Shown here: piece after piece, positions 11,062 through 23,328 of the stretch
Numbering within the stretch: position 1 is the first letter of the stretch
How the letters are laid out: each line of letters starts with the position of its first letter
Assembly (NCBI RefSeq): GCF_001194135.2
Contig: NC_068981.1
Location: 170,973,075-171,012,485, forward strand
Length of the DNA stretch: 39,411 nt
Origin: Octopus bimaculoides
Lineage: Eukaryota
Reading direction: 5' to 3'
Position numbers and translations under genes: made by a program
Notes under the pieces: generated by a model
Databases searched by the model: none
What the model was told of the DNA's origin: nothing
What the model saw: the letters and a program-made list of their open reading frames with translations, nothing else

Positions 11062-11135
11062 AAAAATGGAACGCTTCACGAATTTGTGTGTCATCATTGC
11101 ACAGGGGCCATGCTAATCTTTTCGTACCGTTCCAA
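11062..11135 (-). pseudogene. U6: U6 snRNA pseudogene, 5'-truncated (about U6 nt 30 to the 3' oligo-U)
   Basis: Reverse complement is TTGGAACGGTACGAAAAGATTAGCATGGCCCCTGTGCAATGATGACACACAAATTCGTGAAGCGTTCCATTTTT. It matches the conserved metazoan U6 3' two-thirds with about 5-6 differences, two of them CpG-decay type. The essential ACAGAGA box is disrupted and the 5' stem-loop is absent. Confidence 0.93.
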
Positions 11136-11781
11136 CCTTGAGCGATTAGCAACGCTAAAGAAGATAATCCTTCAGAAAACCGACTGTTAAAGTATTAAAA
11201 ATATATTAAAAGCAATTTTCTGGCTTTGAGAGAAAAGCTGAAAATTAACTTCCTAAGTTTAATAATCACTGTTAGAAACTAGTTTTTCACTCCTCTAAGG
11301 AGAGAAAGGACGTAATAAGATGTACCATACATAACAGAACAACAGTATTTTATACCAGAGCGAATAAAGATTTATGACGATGAAGAATACATTCAGAGGA
11401 AAGTGATCGATGAGCTCGGTACATAGAACTGACTATCACTGTGGTAGATTTAGTAACAGATGTAATATCGTTCGAGGTAATATACCTGCAAAATAGCAAA
11501 CCTAAAAGAGGTAGACAAAGGCACTCAGAAATAGTGGTCTCTTACACAGAGTACATAAAATAGAAATAGCGCAGTTCCTGTAGCAATTAATGCAAAGTGT
11601 TTTGAGAATACATATGCATCTCAGTAAATCATACATTTTCACATTATTAAATTACCTCTGCTGATGATATTTGGTTTTGTGTGTGTGTTGTGTACGCACG
11701 CGTGGGTGTGTGTGTATTTGTATGCGTGTGTGTGTGCCTGGGTGCATATATCACAAAATATATATGTTGTGAGTGCGCGCG

Positions 11782-11820
<39 letters not shown>

Positions 11821-12913
11821 ATATATGTATGTAGGTACTATGTTAGGATAAATTTATTAAATTATTACCTAGTTAGTATTGTAAATATACTAAATATACC
11901 AAGTTTAGTTGCTGCTTTACTACATGGGAATGGAAAGTCGATAATATATCAATTACATCGTAATGTCATTTAAGTTTCATTCTTGCACATCCCTTAATTA
12001 TAGTATTGATTTAGGATGTTCTAATGAATTTACAAACCAATTCATGTAATCTGGCTAATTAAAGATGCGAGAGACATTGAATCACATTAAAACTTATTCA
12101 GAAATACGCATACATATATACAATGAAATGCACATTCGGATACAGAGAGGAAAACAGAAACAGACGTAGACACACGCAACTACACATATTTACACACAGA
12201 TATATCCATGCAAATAATTGTGCATGCATATGTGAGCATGCGCGCGGGAGCAAGCTTGTATTCATGTATGCGATTTTGTGTGTTTCAGATACGGAATTAT
12301 GTTAGAGAGTAACACAGACTAGTTAATTCCATTGTTCGTTATGGAATCTGAGAGTTAATAAGAACCGAAAGATGTGATACGAATTATCCCACACACACAC
12401 ACTTACACACAGACGCGCATGCAAGCATGCACTCACGCGCGCAGCCCACCTCCCATATATATATATATATATACNNNNNNNNNNNNNNNNNNNNNNNNNN
12501 NNNNNNNNNNNNNNNNNNNNNNNNNNNNNNNNNNNNNNNNNNNNNNNNNNNNNNNNNNNNNNNNNNNNNNNNNNNNNNNNNNNNNNNNNNNNNNNNNNNN
12601 NNNNNNNNNNNNNNNNNNNNNNNNNNNNNNNNNNNNNNNNNNNNNNNNNNNNNNNNNNNNNNNNNNNNNNNNNNNNNNNNNNNNNNNNNNNNNNNNNNNN
12701 NNNNNNNNNNNNNNNNNNNNNNNNNNNNNNNNNNNNNNNNNNNNATATATGGCAGGAGTGGCAACAAAAGAAAGAACGAGACCTCAATACAATGCAAATA
12801 GAGGAATGTATCTGTAAAAATATATGACACTTATTCAGTAGCCATGATAAAACTCCGAGTTTATATTTTTTCTATGTTCATAATTTTTTTTATTACAATA
12901 TTGAACATAAAAT

Positions 12914-13956
12914 ATGCCACCAAAGAAAAAACGTATTACCTATCACGTAAAGTGGATTACCGTAAACTGCAGACGAAAATCTCAAGAGATAAGGGACATG
13001 AGATTTTCTCAAGATCAGCAAAAGCATGCTGCATCACGTCAGATGGAGTCTCAAAATAGAAGGGAGATGAGACTTTCTCAAGAACAACAAAGGTATGCTG
13101 CAGCACCTCAAATAGATTCTCAATAGAGAAGGGAGATTAGACTTTCTCAAAATCAGCAAAGGTATACTGCAGCACGTCTGGTGGAGTCTAAATTGAGAAG
13201 GGAAACGATACTTTCCCAAGATCAACAAAGGCATGCTGCAGCACTTAGGATGGAGTCTCAAGAGAGAAGAGAGATGAAACTTTCCCAGGATCAACAAAGG
13301 TATGCTACAGCACTTAATGCTGAATTATTAAAACAACGCCTACACGCCAGATTACACAGAAGTCCAATAGAATAGCTCTCAGAAACAGATCACGTACAAA
13401 TTCGTTCTTCTGTAGCTGCTTTCAAATATGATCCATCCCATTCTTTTAAAAATGATAATTCTGTCCATATTAGTAAACTGATCTCAATTTGTCGTTTCTG
13501 CAAAGCTTTAAAATCTACTCCACAATGCTGTACTTTCTCGTATCACCTGTTTCAACATAACTGTAATATATATATATATATATANNNNNNNNNNNNNNNN
13601 NNNNNNNNNNNNNNNNNNNNNNNNNNNNNNNNNNNNNNNNNNNNNNNNNNNNNNNNNNNNNNNNNNNNNNNNNNNNNNNNNNNNNNNNNNNNNNNNNNNN
13701 NNNNNNNNNNNNNNNNNNNNNNNNNNNNNNNNNNNNNNNNNNNNNNNNNNNNNNNNNNNNNNNNNNNNNNNNNNNNNNNNNNNNNNNNNNNNNNNNNNNN
13801 NNNNNNNNNNNNNNNNNNNNNNNNNNNNNNNNNNNNNNNNNNNNNNNNNNNNNNNNNNNNNNNNNNGTGTGTGTGTGTGTATATGTATGTATATATATAT
13901 ATATATATACAAACTATGCCATTTTAATTCCGCGCAATGCCGGGTATCTCTGCTAG
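12914..13956 (+). mobile_element. Helitron remnant: disrupted Rep/helicase N-terminus plus 3' terminus
   Basis: One frame from ATG 12914 reads MPPKKKR, then R/E/Q/A-rich repeats, then AAFKYDPS..VHISKLISICRFCKALK..CC, the AFxYDP and CxxC..CC motifs typical of Helitron N-termini; stops at 13124 and 13373. After the gap, CCGCGCAATGCCGGGTATCTCTGCTAG (13930-13956) is an imperfect hairpin plus CTAG terminus. Confidence 0.75.
12994..13338 (+). repeat. 5 x 69-bp tandem repeat encoding a 23-aa unit (about REMRLSQDQQRYAAARQMESQNR)
   Basis: Unit starts at 12994, 13063, 13132, 13201 and 13270, with exact 69-bp spacing and no indels. Confidence 0.93.
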
Positions 13957-14384
13957 GATATCTATAATTACTAACACTGTTGCTGATATGTGGAATAGGC
14001 AAGTTAATGATAAATGAACCATATATGATTCCAATATCGCCAAATATTGTTTGATCCATCTCTAAGTTTATATGATACCAACAGGGTGGAAATCCTACTG
14101 TGTGTCGAGTCGAAGACGATATCCGTTAGGCACCAGAAGAGTGGTTGTGTCTCTTTTTGTTAATATCCGGTGGTTTGTTTACATGATGTTTGTTTTTGCT
14201 TCATTTTGTTAGGCTTTACAAAGGTCATGCACGCAACTAAGTTTTTCTTTATGCTAGTTAGAGTAACCTATAGTGAGGACATAATTTTATGCAATTAGTT
14301 TGTGAATAATTATAGTATAGTCTGATAAAATTGCCGTTATGAGGTGAATATGAAGCATATAAATATATTTATATACAAACATAC

Positions 14385-14575
14385 ACACATGGATACATGC
14401 ACATACATACATTCATACATAGGTACAAACATACACACATACATACATACATTCATACATACATACACGTATGGACACATACATAAATACATGCATGCTT
14501 GCATACATACATACATACACACATACACACATACATACATACAAACATACATACATACATACACACATTAATGCA
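14385..14575. repeat. Degenerate (TACA)n tract
   Basis: Direct observation. Confidence 0.92.
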
Positions 14576-14579
14576 TACA

Positions 14580-15500
14580 TGCATATAACCAATAGCCGGA
14601 TTACTACCTACCACTTTGAAGGGTATGCGTATGCAATCCAGGAACAGGAAATATCAACCAAGTACTTAATGCACAAAAGGGATAGAGATGCAGGAAAAGC
14701 AATAAAATGTGACACCCGATGCAGACTTTGTGGAGTTCACACCAAAGATATCATCCCCATCATAAGCAGTTGTCCGAAAATATCTTCAAGGTATTATCTA
14801 CTAATGAGACATGATGTTGTACCTAGGACAATCTATAATGAAATCCGTCGGAAGGATAACCCCGAGAATAAAGAAATAAGAAACCATAACCATTCATAAT
14901 AAAATGAAGTACTGGTGGAATGTCCCAGTGAAAACCTCAATAAAATGTAAGCACAACAGACCTGATATAATGATTTGGGATAGGGAAGAGAAACTGTGTA
15001 CAGTTGCGGAGATTAGCTACCCAGCGGATATTAACATAAAACTGAAGATCAGTGAAAAAGAGAACACCTATGCTGAACTATTGAGAAATTGGTAGATGCT
15101 CTATCCAGATTACAAGTTCAGGTTTATACCTGTAATTATTGGGGCCCTCGGATATGTAACACACTGCCAAAATACCACTCTTTAGAAATTAGTTTTCTCA
15201 AAGCCAGAAAGGAGAAAGCTAATTCGAAGACTACAGATCCAATGCATCACTAGCACTGTAAAACTCTGGAAAACTTTGCAGATGTTTAAATATATAGGAG
15301 CATGTCTATATATATATGCATCTATATGCATGGGAATACATACATAAAGCAAAACATACAAATCTGTACGTATACATACGTATTAACAAAAATACTTTGT
15401 TGATGTTTAAATTCCAATGAAGGAGACTTGGATCTAGGTTAGAAACCGGCTCTTTCTCTATTGGCAAGAAATCTTGAAATAAAACTGAACAATAACATAC
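14580..15500 (+). mobile_element. RLE-bearing non-LTR retrotransposon (R4/Dong-like), 5'-truncated; (TACA)n-associated family, copy 1
   Basis: FEGYAYAIQEQEI..CRLCG..DIIPIISSC (zinc knuckle), RHDVV, YWWNVPVKTSIKCKHNRPDIMIWD..EKENTYAELLRN..IPVIIGALGYV (RLE), then a 3' UTR ending AATAAAACTGAACAATAACATAC. Confidence 0.9.
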
Positions 15501-15504
15501 ACAC

Positions 15505-15780
15505 AGGATATGAAACACACTGGGATCTTGGAACACACCGCCTAAATACCAATCTTGAGAAATTTGGCTTCTCAAAACCAGAAAGGAAACAGCTGATTCC
15601 GAAGACTACAGATCCAATCCATCAAAGGAACAATACAAATCTGTAAAACATTCCAGTTGTTTAACATTTAAGTATATATGGGCATGTCTAGACATGCAAC
15701 CCTATGTGTGAGGATATATACATAAAACAATCATACAAATCTACACATTTACATTCATACGTACCTAGCGTACAAACATA
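15505..15780 (+). mobile_element. Same family, copy 2 (short 3' fragment, head-to-tail after copy 1)
   Basis: GGCTTCTCAAAACCAGAAAGGAAACAGCTGATTCCGAAGACTACAGATCCAAT closely matches 15193-15243; it runs into (CATA)n at about 15780. Confidence 0.85.
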
Positions 15781-15850
15781 CATATATATACATACATACA
15801 TACATACATACATACATACATACATACGTACGTACGTATATACATACATA
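15778..15850. repeat. (CATA)n microsatellite
   Basis: Direct observation. Confidence 0.95.
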
Positions 15851-16199
15851 CGTGTAATGTGTATACACGATTTCTGCTCTAATCCTATTTCAATATGACG
15901 TTGCTTATTCTATAAAAATTTATTTCGTTTAGTTTAGGATTTCGGAGCACTTGAAAATTATTGAAATCGATTGCTGTATTTAGGATCATGTGATGTAACT
16001 TATAAGCCGACTTATCTTTGCACTCTTATGACAGAAGAATATATGGCTGTGAGATATCACTTGCTGTACATTAAATGGGTGTAATATTTAATACAGTACA
16101 ACATGAAAACTTAAGGTGTGATGATGTGTACGTACTTGCGTGTAAAACAAACCGTTCGTGTAGAAATGTATTTATAACTTAAGGTTGTATAGTAACTCC

Positions 16200-16746
16200 A
16201 TTTTTTTTTTCAACTAAATCTATCATTGGAACAGGAGTTAAAAAAATGTATTCAACATCTTCCAAGTAAACCTTGAATTAACTTTTAAGTTTCAGAGAAA
16301 CAGATTTATGGAGATTTTCCGCTCAAATCATTTGACCTTTCGAAGCATTAATACATTTAAGAGTGACTGGAGTGGGGATTTTAGTATTAGCAGTGAAATG
16401 CAATGTTGACCGCCAAGGAATTCGGATTCAGGCCACAGAGACTCAGAACAAATGCCGCAAAGTATTCTATACAACGCTATAACAAATGAAACCGGTAAAA
16501 ACGTTGAATAAGAAGCATTTCTTCATACTATCAACCACTCAATTCTTACTTACATGCAATTTACTCCCCCCTCATACAGTCACTCTTAAATGTATTAATG
16601 CTTCGAAAGGTCAAATGATTTGAGCGGAAAATCTCCATAAATCTGTTTCTCTGAAACTTAAAAGTTAATTCAAGGTTTACTTGGAAGATGTTGAATACAT
16701 TTTTTTAACTCCTGTTCCAATGATAGATTTAGTTGAAAAAAAAAAT
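16200..16746. repeat. Perfect 170-bp inverted repeat (arms 16200-16369 and 16577-16746) with a 207-bp spacer
   Basis: Base-by-base comparison shows no mismatch, including the T10/A10 and A7/T7 runs. Confidence 0.95.
16414..16500 (-). mobile_element. Degenerate SINE family B fragment inside the inverted-repeat spacer
   Basis: GTTGACCGCCAAGGAATTCGGATTCAG..CAGAACAAATGCCGCAAAGTATT resembles the reverse complement of the family B head/B-box region. Confidence 0.5.
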
Positions 16747-19700
16747 TATTTCATGTCATTTAAAATATTCTTCACACACCGCAATTCGAGATTAAGTGTT
16801 ATGTTTTCAATATCTCTGTTAATTTTTCATTTTTTTCTGTGTCAGAATTTTTTTATACTGTAACGTTTCAAGTGCGATTCTACGATATAATATATTACAC
16901 ATCGGAATGCTATAAGCGTTTAAGAAGACAGATTCGTATGTCTGTTCTGATATGCCTACATTGAATTAAAGTTATGACAGAAATATGTCACCAATATTCT
17001 TCTATATTGTGAGTATGTTCTCTACATCTCTGTAACTGCTTAAATATTCATTTTTGAAACTATTCTTTCTAGGGATTGCCTTATTTACTGATTTGACTAT
17101 GACATCAAACCAAGTAGGAAAGGTTGTGACATTTTCAAACGATTGTTTATGATGAAACTGACATCTTCAGAGATAATGCAGGCGATCTTTCCTCGTTTGT
17201 CCCAGCTGGGAATTTTACTTGTACCCCTCTAACATTTACATTAGATATTTCTTTATCGTTTTAAGTTCTGGATTGCAAAAGTATAATCTATAAAATGAAA
17301 GTTAATATATTAGATGGTTGTACAAGATTTAGTTATTTAGGTTACTAACACTCAGAGAAGCCATATTTATTCAGTGGCTCAATGAATGTCGATGAATTGA
17401 AAATGAAATAACTTTATGATTGAAACAAATTTTATATACAACGAAAAACAACATCCTCTTGGGATTGTATTGTATGTTTAGCAGAAAAAGTATATTGTTT
17501 CGTATTTCTGAATGTACAATTCATTCCAATATTTAAAACTATTTAAAGAATAATTTTGTATAATCATTAGGATATTTTTGTTTAATCTTTTCGAGATTTA
17601 TTAAATCTGATAATGTATTTCTACTATTCTACTGTTCACTGGTATAGATATGCTACTATTTCTATTGTATGTCTTCCGCATATGTATTGCTTTCGAAGCG
17701 CAATTCCCTACTGAGTGGATTAATTCTGATGCAACAATCTCCATTTTTATATATTTTCGAAGTAATCTAAAGACATTCTCGTGATTCGTTCCTTTCTTTT
17801 TTTCTTTGTTACGGATCTTGTATGTCGTTTGAGATTGACATCGTTATTGCTTGACATTTGTTTCAAGTGATCATCTAGTTGAAAACTGCATTAGTTACAC
17901 GGTAATCTCCAATAATGACATTTCATGATCATACAGTTACATATATTCCAGGAAATAGGATACATAAAACTAGAAACCATATCTCAACATGAAACCTCAG
18001 CAGCTTTTGTACAATACTTATATGTTGTTATCGAAGGAAGAAAGTAGTGCTTACAATAAAATGAAATTGAAATTTTCATTCTCAACTGCTTTGTAATTAT
18101 GTTTCATATAAATACGAAGTAAATTGAATTACTTTAAACTAAATTGGTTTTATATCTCTCCAGTGAATCTCCTGGTGTGTTTTAAAGATTTGTTTTATAA
18201 ATGTCGCGTATTAAGTGCATTCACTAAATATATTTGGTGATATATGCACCCAGTCACACACACACATACACTCACATTGTGCGTACATATACGCGTCTGT
18301 CTCTCTCAGCAAGGGATCATTTTCTCCAGAATTAGTCTTATATACAACATCGGGGATTATAATAGCTTCTCAAAATTTGAAATGGTTTACCAATCATACA
18401 TGCAGGACGATATATTACGTACAACAGCCATCCCCATTTTGAACCCGTCTTCTCTCTTTAGAATAATTTAACCCATGCCTTCCACTCTATTTTTCTCTAC
18501 TGTGGCTTCCCGCTATTGTAAACTGAGCCAAATCTGCACTAAACATTCTTACGCACTCATTCATCATCTTCACTGAATACATACAGTATCTTACACGAGA
18601 AATTTCATGATAAACTATTCTTTTCTCTGGAATTATAAATTATACCTTTTGCCTACGTAAACGTTTCAGAAATATACAAGACTGTAAACTCAATAATTCA
18701 AATTATGACAAAGACCATTGCTTTTCTTGGCGAATCATTCTCTGTATGGTTGATGTAAATGCCTATTTGATTAACATCTGAATTTGTATATCGTGCTGCA
18801 TCGACCCGTCAAGTTTGATATGCGATATACATTTTTTTTTGCTATTTTACGTGATATATTTTCATTGATATGCTTCCTTTTGTTAATCATTAAATGAAAA
18901 AATTTGGATTCCTGCAACAATTTGTACGTTTCGGTTACCAATACAGGTGAAATGATCAACTAAAATATATTTTGCCTCTGTTTTATGGATATGAATTCAA
19001 ATATGTAGAATGGTGACTGAATTTTACTAACCATAGATGCTTGGAATACATATTAAATGTCTCAAAACTACTTACAAACAAAATAATAATCGTGTATATC
19101 CCGAGTTTAATACCAGTTCGTAGCTTTATAAGATGTTGAGAGCGAAAGAAAAAGCGCAAGAAGCTGTGCAAGGGAAGTAATAAGTAGCATAACCGCGAAT
19201 ATGACGCACTCATAAGCAGACAAAAGATTAAATATCTCTATGTCAATACGAATGTATTCATGTCACAGAAATTCTCTGGTTTATGGTAATCATTCAAGGT
19301 GAATTTGTCATAATGATTAACAGGTAAACAGAATACTGCGCTTCGTTGTGATATCCATGCAATAATTTTGAATGAATAAGTTAGAGAAAGGAAGCTGTCA
19401 TTTCCATGGAGAGAGAAAGAGAGCGACTGTCACAGTGCAAGAGTGACACGACTCGTATCTTACTTGTGCAGTACTGGTATTTTATCAATGTGGTATGGTT
19501 AAGATTTAAAACTGTTACGAAAGCTATTTGGAGAAAAAATCTAGTTCGATGCAATTATAAAAGCATGACACTAACAGCGCTCTTCTGTTTTTTGTGTAAC
19601 AGTTGGAATCATAGCAAATTCACACATAAACTATTAATGATTCTATTGCTAGTACTACAGATGGTTGAACTAAATTACTGGTGCTTATTTGATTGTCCCT

Positions 19701-21490
19701 GTATCAATGAATATTAAATTCTTACTTCAGTAGAACTTGAAATCACAACGTCAAAAAGAAGTTACAAATTATTGTTACGCATTTCTCTGTTAGTCTTCAG
19801 TTAATTTCATTAATGGACTTCTCTCGCGTACAAGGAATCGACAACAGCAACATTTGGTAGTCGTTCAGCATGTTAGAAATCGCAGTCAAATTTCGTCAAA
19901 TTACAGTGCGCTCAGCGGTTCTGTTAGAAGATACACGAGGTAATGAGATCCTGATTTCTTTGCACATAGATAAAAGAAAAATACAGTTTCGGTTGAATTA
20001 AGACTGCTTGATTAGCGCTAAGTCGAAGCTAATCTTCTTCATCATCATCACCATCCTCACAAATGCAGTAACAACAGCAGCATTATATTTGATAAGAATG
20101 ATATTATCTGAATGTGGCATGTGAACGATAGCAAGTGGGGTACATTTAAATGATTTTTTTTGTTCCATTTATTATTCACAACGCCTTCACAAAGTTTACA
20201 CGCTAATTACATTTAACGTACAATTATTCAACCTTTGTGAATATGAATTAATTCTATGATTTTAAATCTCAATAATTCTCACATTAAAAAAAAATTATGA
20301 TTTATTAAAATTTTCTGTAAATATCTATTAATCCTATGAATTGCTCCCTCTCTTCTACCGGTAATCGTCTCTATACATCAATTATAATGGAGTGAAACAT
20401 CAATTATAATAGACAGAAGCACAACACAAAGAGAATCACGTTTATTATTAAAAGCTTCGAGAAGGATACGGGTAGGAAGCGAGAGAAACGTTGTATCAAA
20501 CTTGTTAAGTTTCATTGATCGTAGGATTGTGTTGTCATTGATTCAATTAATAGATATCTGTCAGGAGAGTCAAATTGCTTTGTTTCAAATTAGTGGAGTG
20601 GCATGTTATATTCACCATCCAAATTACAACCGCTGTGAATATAACTATCAATATCTCTATAACCAGAATATGCATAACATCACTAGCAACAACCAACAAT
20701 TTATCATCACCATGACGATGACGATGGCAATCAAAATGGTATTAATAATATGATTGTGTTTCAAAAATGTGTATTAATTTGAAACAGCGTAAGCCTTAAT
20801 TTCGTGCAGTTGACGTTTGTATTAATAGCAGCAGCAGACAAGCATAAAGTAACTTGTCTTTCTTGTTATTCTTAGACGTTTCATGGTCATATTCTCTTTC
20901 AATTTACCCATGAATAAATACATACGTTCATACTTACATACATACATATATACATACATACGAACATATATACATACATACAGACAGACAGATAGACAGA
21001 CAATGAGAGAGAGAGAGATTAATGGATAAAGATACGTATGTATCTATGTATGCATATATGTATGTGTATTTAATCGACAAAATGTTATCGGAAAAACCTC
21101 AACTAAGAGTTTCACTCTTGTAACTTTTCTGCCGATAAGCAAATACAGACTCTAGTATCATGTTCAGTTTTTCTCCTTTGCGTGCTTGTGTATGTTTGAG
21201 TCCATTTGCATTTATTTACACACAAACACACACACACATGCACACACACGCATATATATATACATAACCATTTATACATTTATAAACATATATATATGTG
21301 TGTATATATNNNNNNNNNNNNNNNNNNNNNNNNNNNNNNNNNNNNNNNNNNNNNNNNNNNNNNNNNNNNNNNNNNNNNNNNNNNNNNNNNNNNNNNNNNN
21401 NNNNNNNNNNNNNNNNNNNNNNNNNNNNNNNNNNNNNNNNNNNNNNNNNNNNNNNNNNNNNNNNNNNNNNNNNNNNNNNNNNNNNNNNNN

Positions 21491-21848
21491 GTCTTTTGAC
21501 TGTGGCCATGCTGGAGCACCACCTTTTAGTCGAGCAAATCGACCCCAGGACTTATTCTTTAGAAGCCTAGTACTTATTCTATCGGTCTCTTTTGCCGAAC
21601 CGCTAAGTTACGGGGACATAAACACACCAGCATCGGTTGTCAAGCGATGTTGGGGGGACAAAGACAGACACACAAACACATACACACATACACACATATA
21701 TACATACATACGACAGGCTTCTTTCAGTTTCCGTCTACCAAATCCACTCACAAGGCTTTGGTCGGCCCGAGGCTATAGTAGAAGACACTTGCCCAAGATG
21801 CCACGCAGTGGGATTGAACCCGGGACCATGTGGTTGGTAAGCAAGCTA
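21491..21848 (-). mobile_element. SINE family A, low-divergence copy lacking about 25 nt of the head; tail cut by the gap
   Basis: High similarity to the 3149-3540 copy throughout. Confidence 0.92.
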
Positions 21849-23262
21849 TAAATATATGCATATATGCATATATGTGTATATATATAAATGTATACATACA
21901 CATCCACACAAACATATATTTATATATGTGTATGTATGCATATATGTACGTATATATGTTGATCTGTATGTAATATGCATGCGCAAAACTTCATCGCTCA
22001 ATTACATATTTACTTTGTCTTAGGAATCATTTTAACTCCCTCAATGTAGGCCATGTAAGCCTTCAATCTTACTGAAGTATACCGACGTCCATAAATACGT
22101 GATAATAGTATGGATAATTGTTGAAAATCGATTAAAAATTCTTACTTATAAATATTTTTTAATTCTTCTTTGGCGAATCATCCTCGCCTTCGAAAATGTT
22201 TATCAAATAAAGGGAATACTGAATTTATAATGGATAATTGACACATTTAACACAAGCTGGTAATAGCTTATTCATATGCAAGTGGAAAGAAACGAGATTT
22301 AGTGTAACATCTAGAAGCCTTCAGGATATTTATATGCAGAGAAATTTTATGCTTTGAAAATGGAAGATGTGGGGAAAATTTGCAGGTGCTAGATTAACTC
22401 AAACTTTCGATTGTCCTTCGCATGATGATGATGATGATGATGAGGNNNNNNNNNNNNNNNNNNNNNNNNNNNNNNNNNNNNNNNNNNNNNNNNNNNNNNN
22501 NNNNNNNNNNNNNNNNNNNNNNNNNNNNNNNNNNNNNNNNNNNNNNNNNNNNNNNNNNNNNNNNNNNNNNNNNNNNNNNNNNNNNNNNNNNNNNNNNNNN
22601 NNNNNNNNNNNNNNNNNNNNNNNNNNNNNNNNNNNNNNNNNNNNNNNNNNNNNNNNNNNNNNNNNNNNNNNNNNNNNNNNNNNNNNNNNNNNNNNNNNNN
22701 NNNNNNNNNNNNNNNNNNNNNNNNNNNNNNNNNNNNNNNNNNNNNNNNNNNNNNNNNNNNNNNNNNNNNNNNNNNNNNNNNNNNNNNNNNNNNNNNNNNN
22801 NNNNNNNNNNNNNNNNNNNNNNNNNNNNNNNNNNNNNNNNNNNNNNNNNNNNNNNNNNNNNNNNNNNNNNNNNNNNNNNNNNNNNNNNNNNNNNNNNNNN
22901 NNNNNNNNNNNNNNNNNNNNNNNNNNNNNNNNNNNNNNNNNNNNNNNNNNNNNNNNNNNNNNNNNNNNNNNNNNNNNNNNNNNNNNNNNNNNNNNNNNNN
23001 NNNNNNGGAGGAAGGGGGATGGGGAGGGGGAGAAGAAGAAGAAGAAGATCTCTAGCCTTGACAAATGTGTTCTTCGCTGTACTGACCGGTAGCCGAAGAC
23101 ACAGGAACACTAATACAACCCAGCAGAACAACTGAAAAATAACTTCCAAAGACTGCAAAACATCTACAATCTCTTGTGAGTATTTTTAAACTTCCCCCAA
23201 AATTAAGGTTAGAAACTTACATATCTAAGATTTTCTCTAGACGAACACACGAAAGCTTTAAT

Positions 23263-23328
23263 ATGGTGGTGCTGCAGCATGACCACAGCCACTTGGCTGA
23301 AACCCATAAATAAATAAATAAATAAATA
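23263..23328 (+). mobile_element. SINE family A, extreme 3' fragment with (TAAA)n tail
   Basis: GGTGGTGCTGCAGCATGACCACAGCC..GGCTGAAAC followed by (TAAA)5. Confidence 0.6.

Noticed and set aside
11062-11135. Functional U6 snRNA gene
   Set aside because: The 5' stem-loop is missing, the ACAGAGA box is mutated, and no recognisable upstream promoter adjoins it.
12994-13338. 69-bp array as a CRISPR-like repeat-spacer locus or as a host gene
   Set aside because: The units are contiguous with no unique spacers, the context is eukaryotic, and flanking motifs point to a Helitron ORF with two stops.
16200-16746. Ordinary MITE with 170-bp TIRs
   Set aside because: There is no direct TSD at the outer ends, the transposon-like TA-CAGT end faces the spacer, and the spacer holds old SINE sequence.
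17100-17800. Short open frames on both strands (for example QTIVYDETDIFRDNAGD)
   Set aside because: Short, interrupted by stops, with no family motif or consistent splice signals.
19800-19946. CpG-richer patch ending in GAG/GTAATG as a possible first exon
   Set aside because: A single moderate donor motif with no other promoter or transcript evidence in the sequence.
18727-22181. Shared 12-mer TTGGCGAATCAT at 18727 and 22170
   Set aside because: Similarity does not extend meaningfully, and some 12-mer matches are expected by chance in a window this size.
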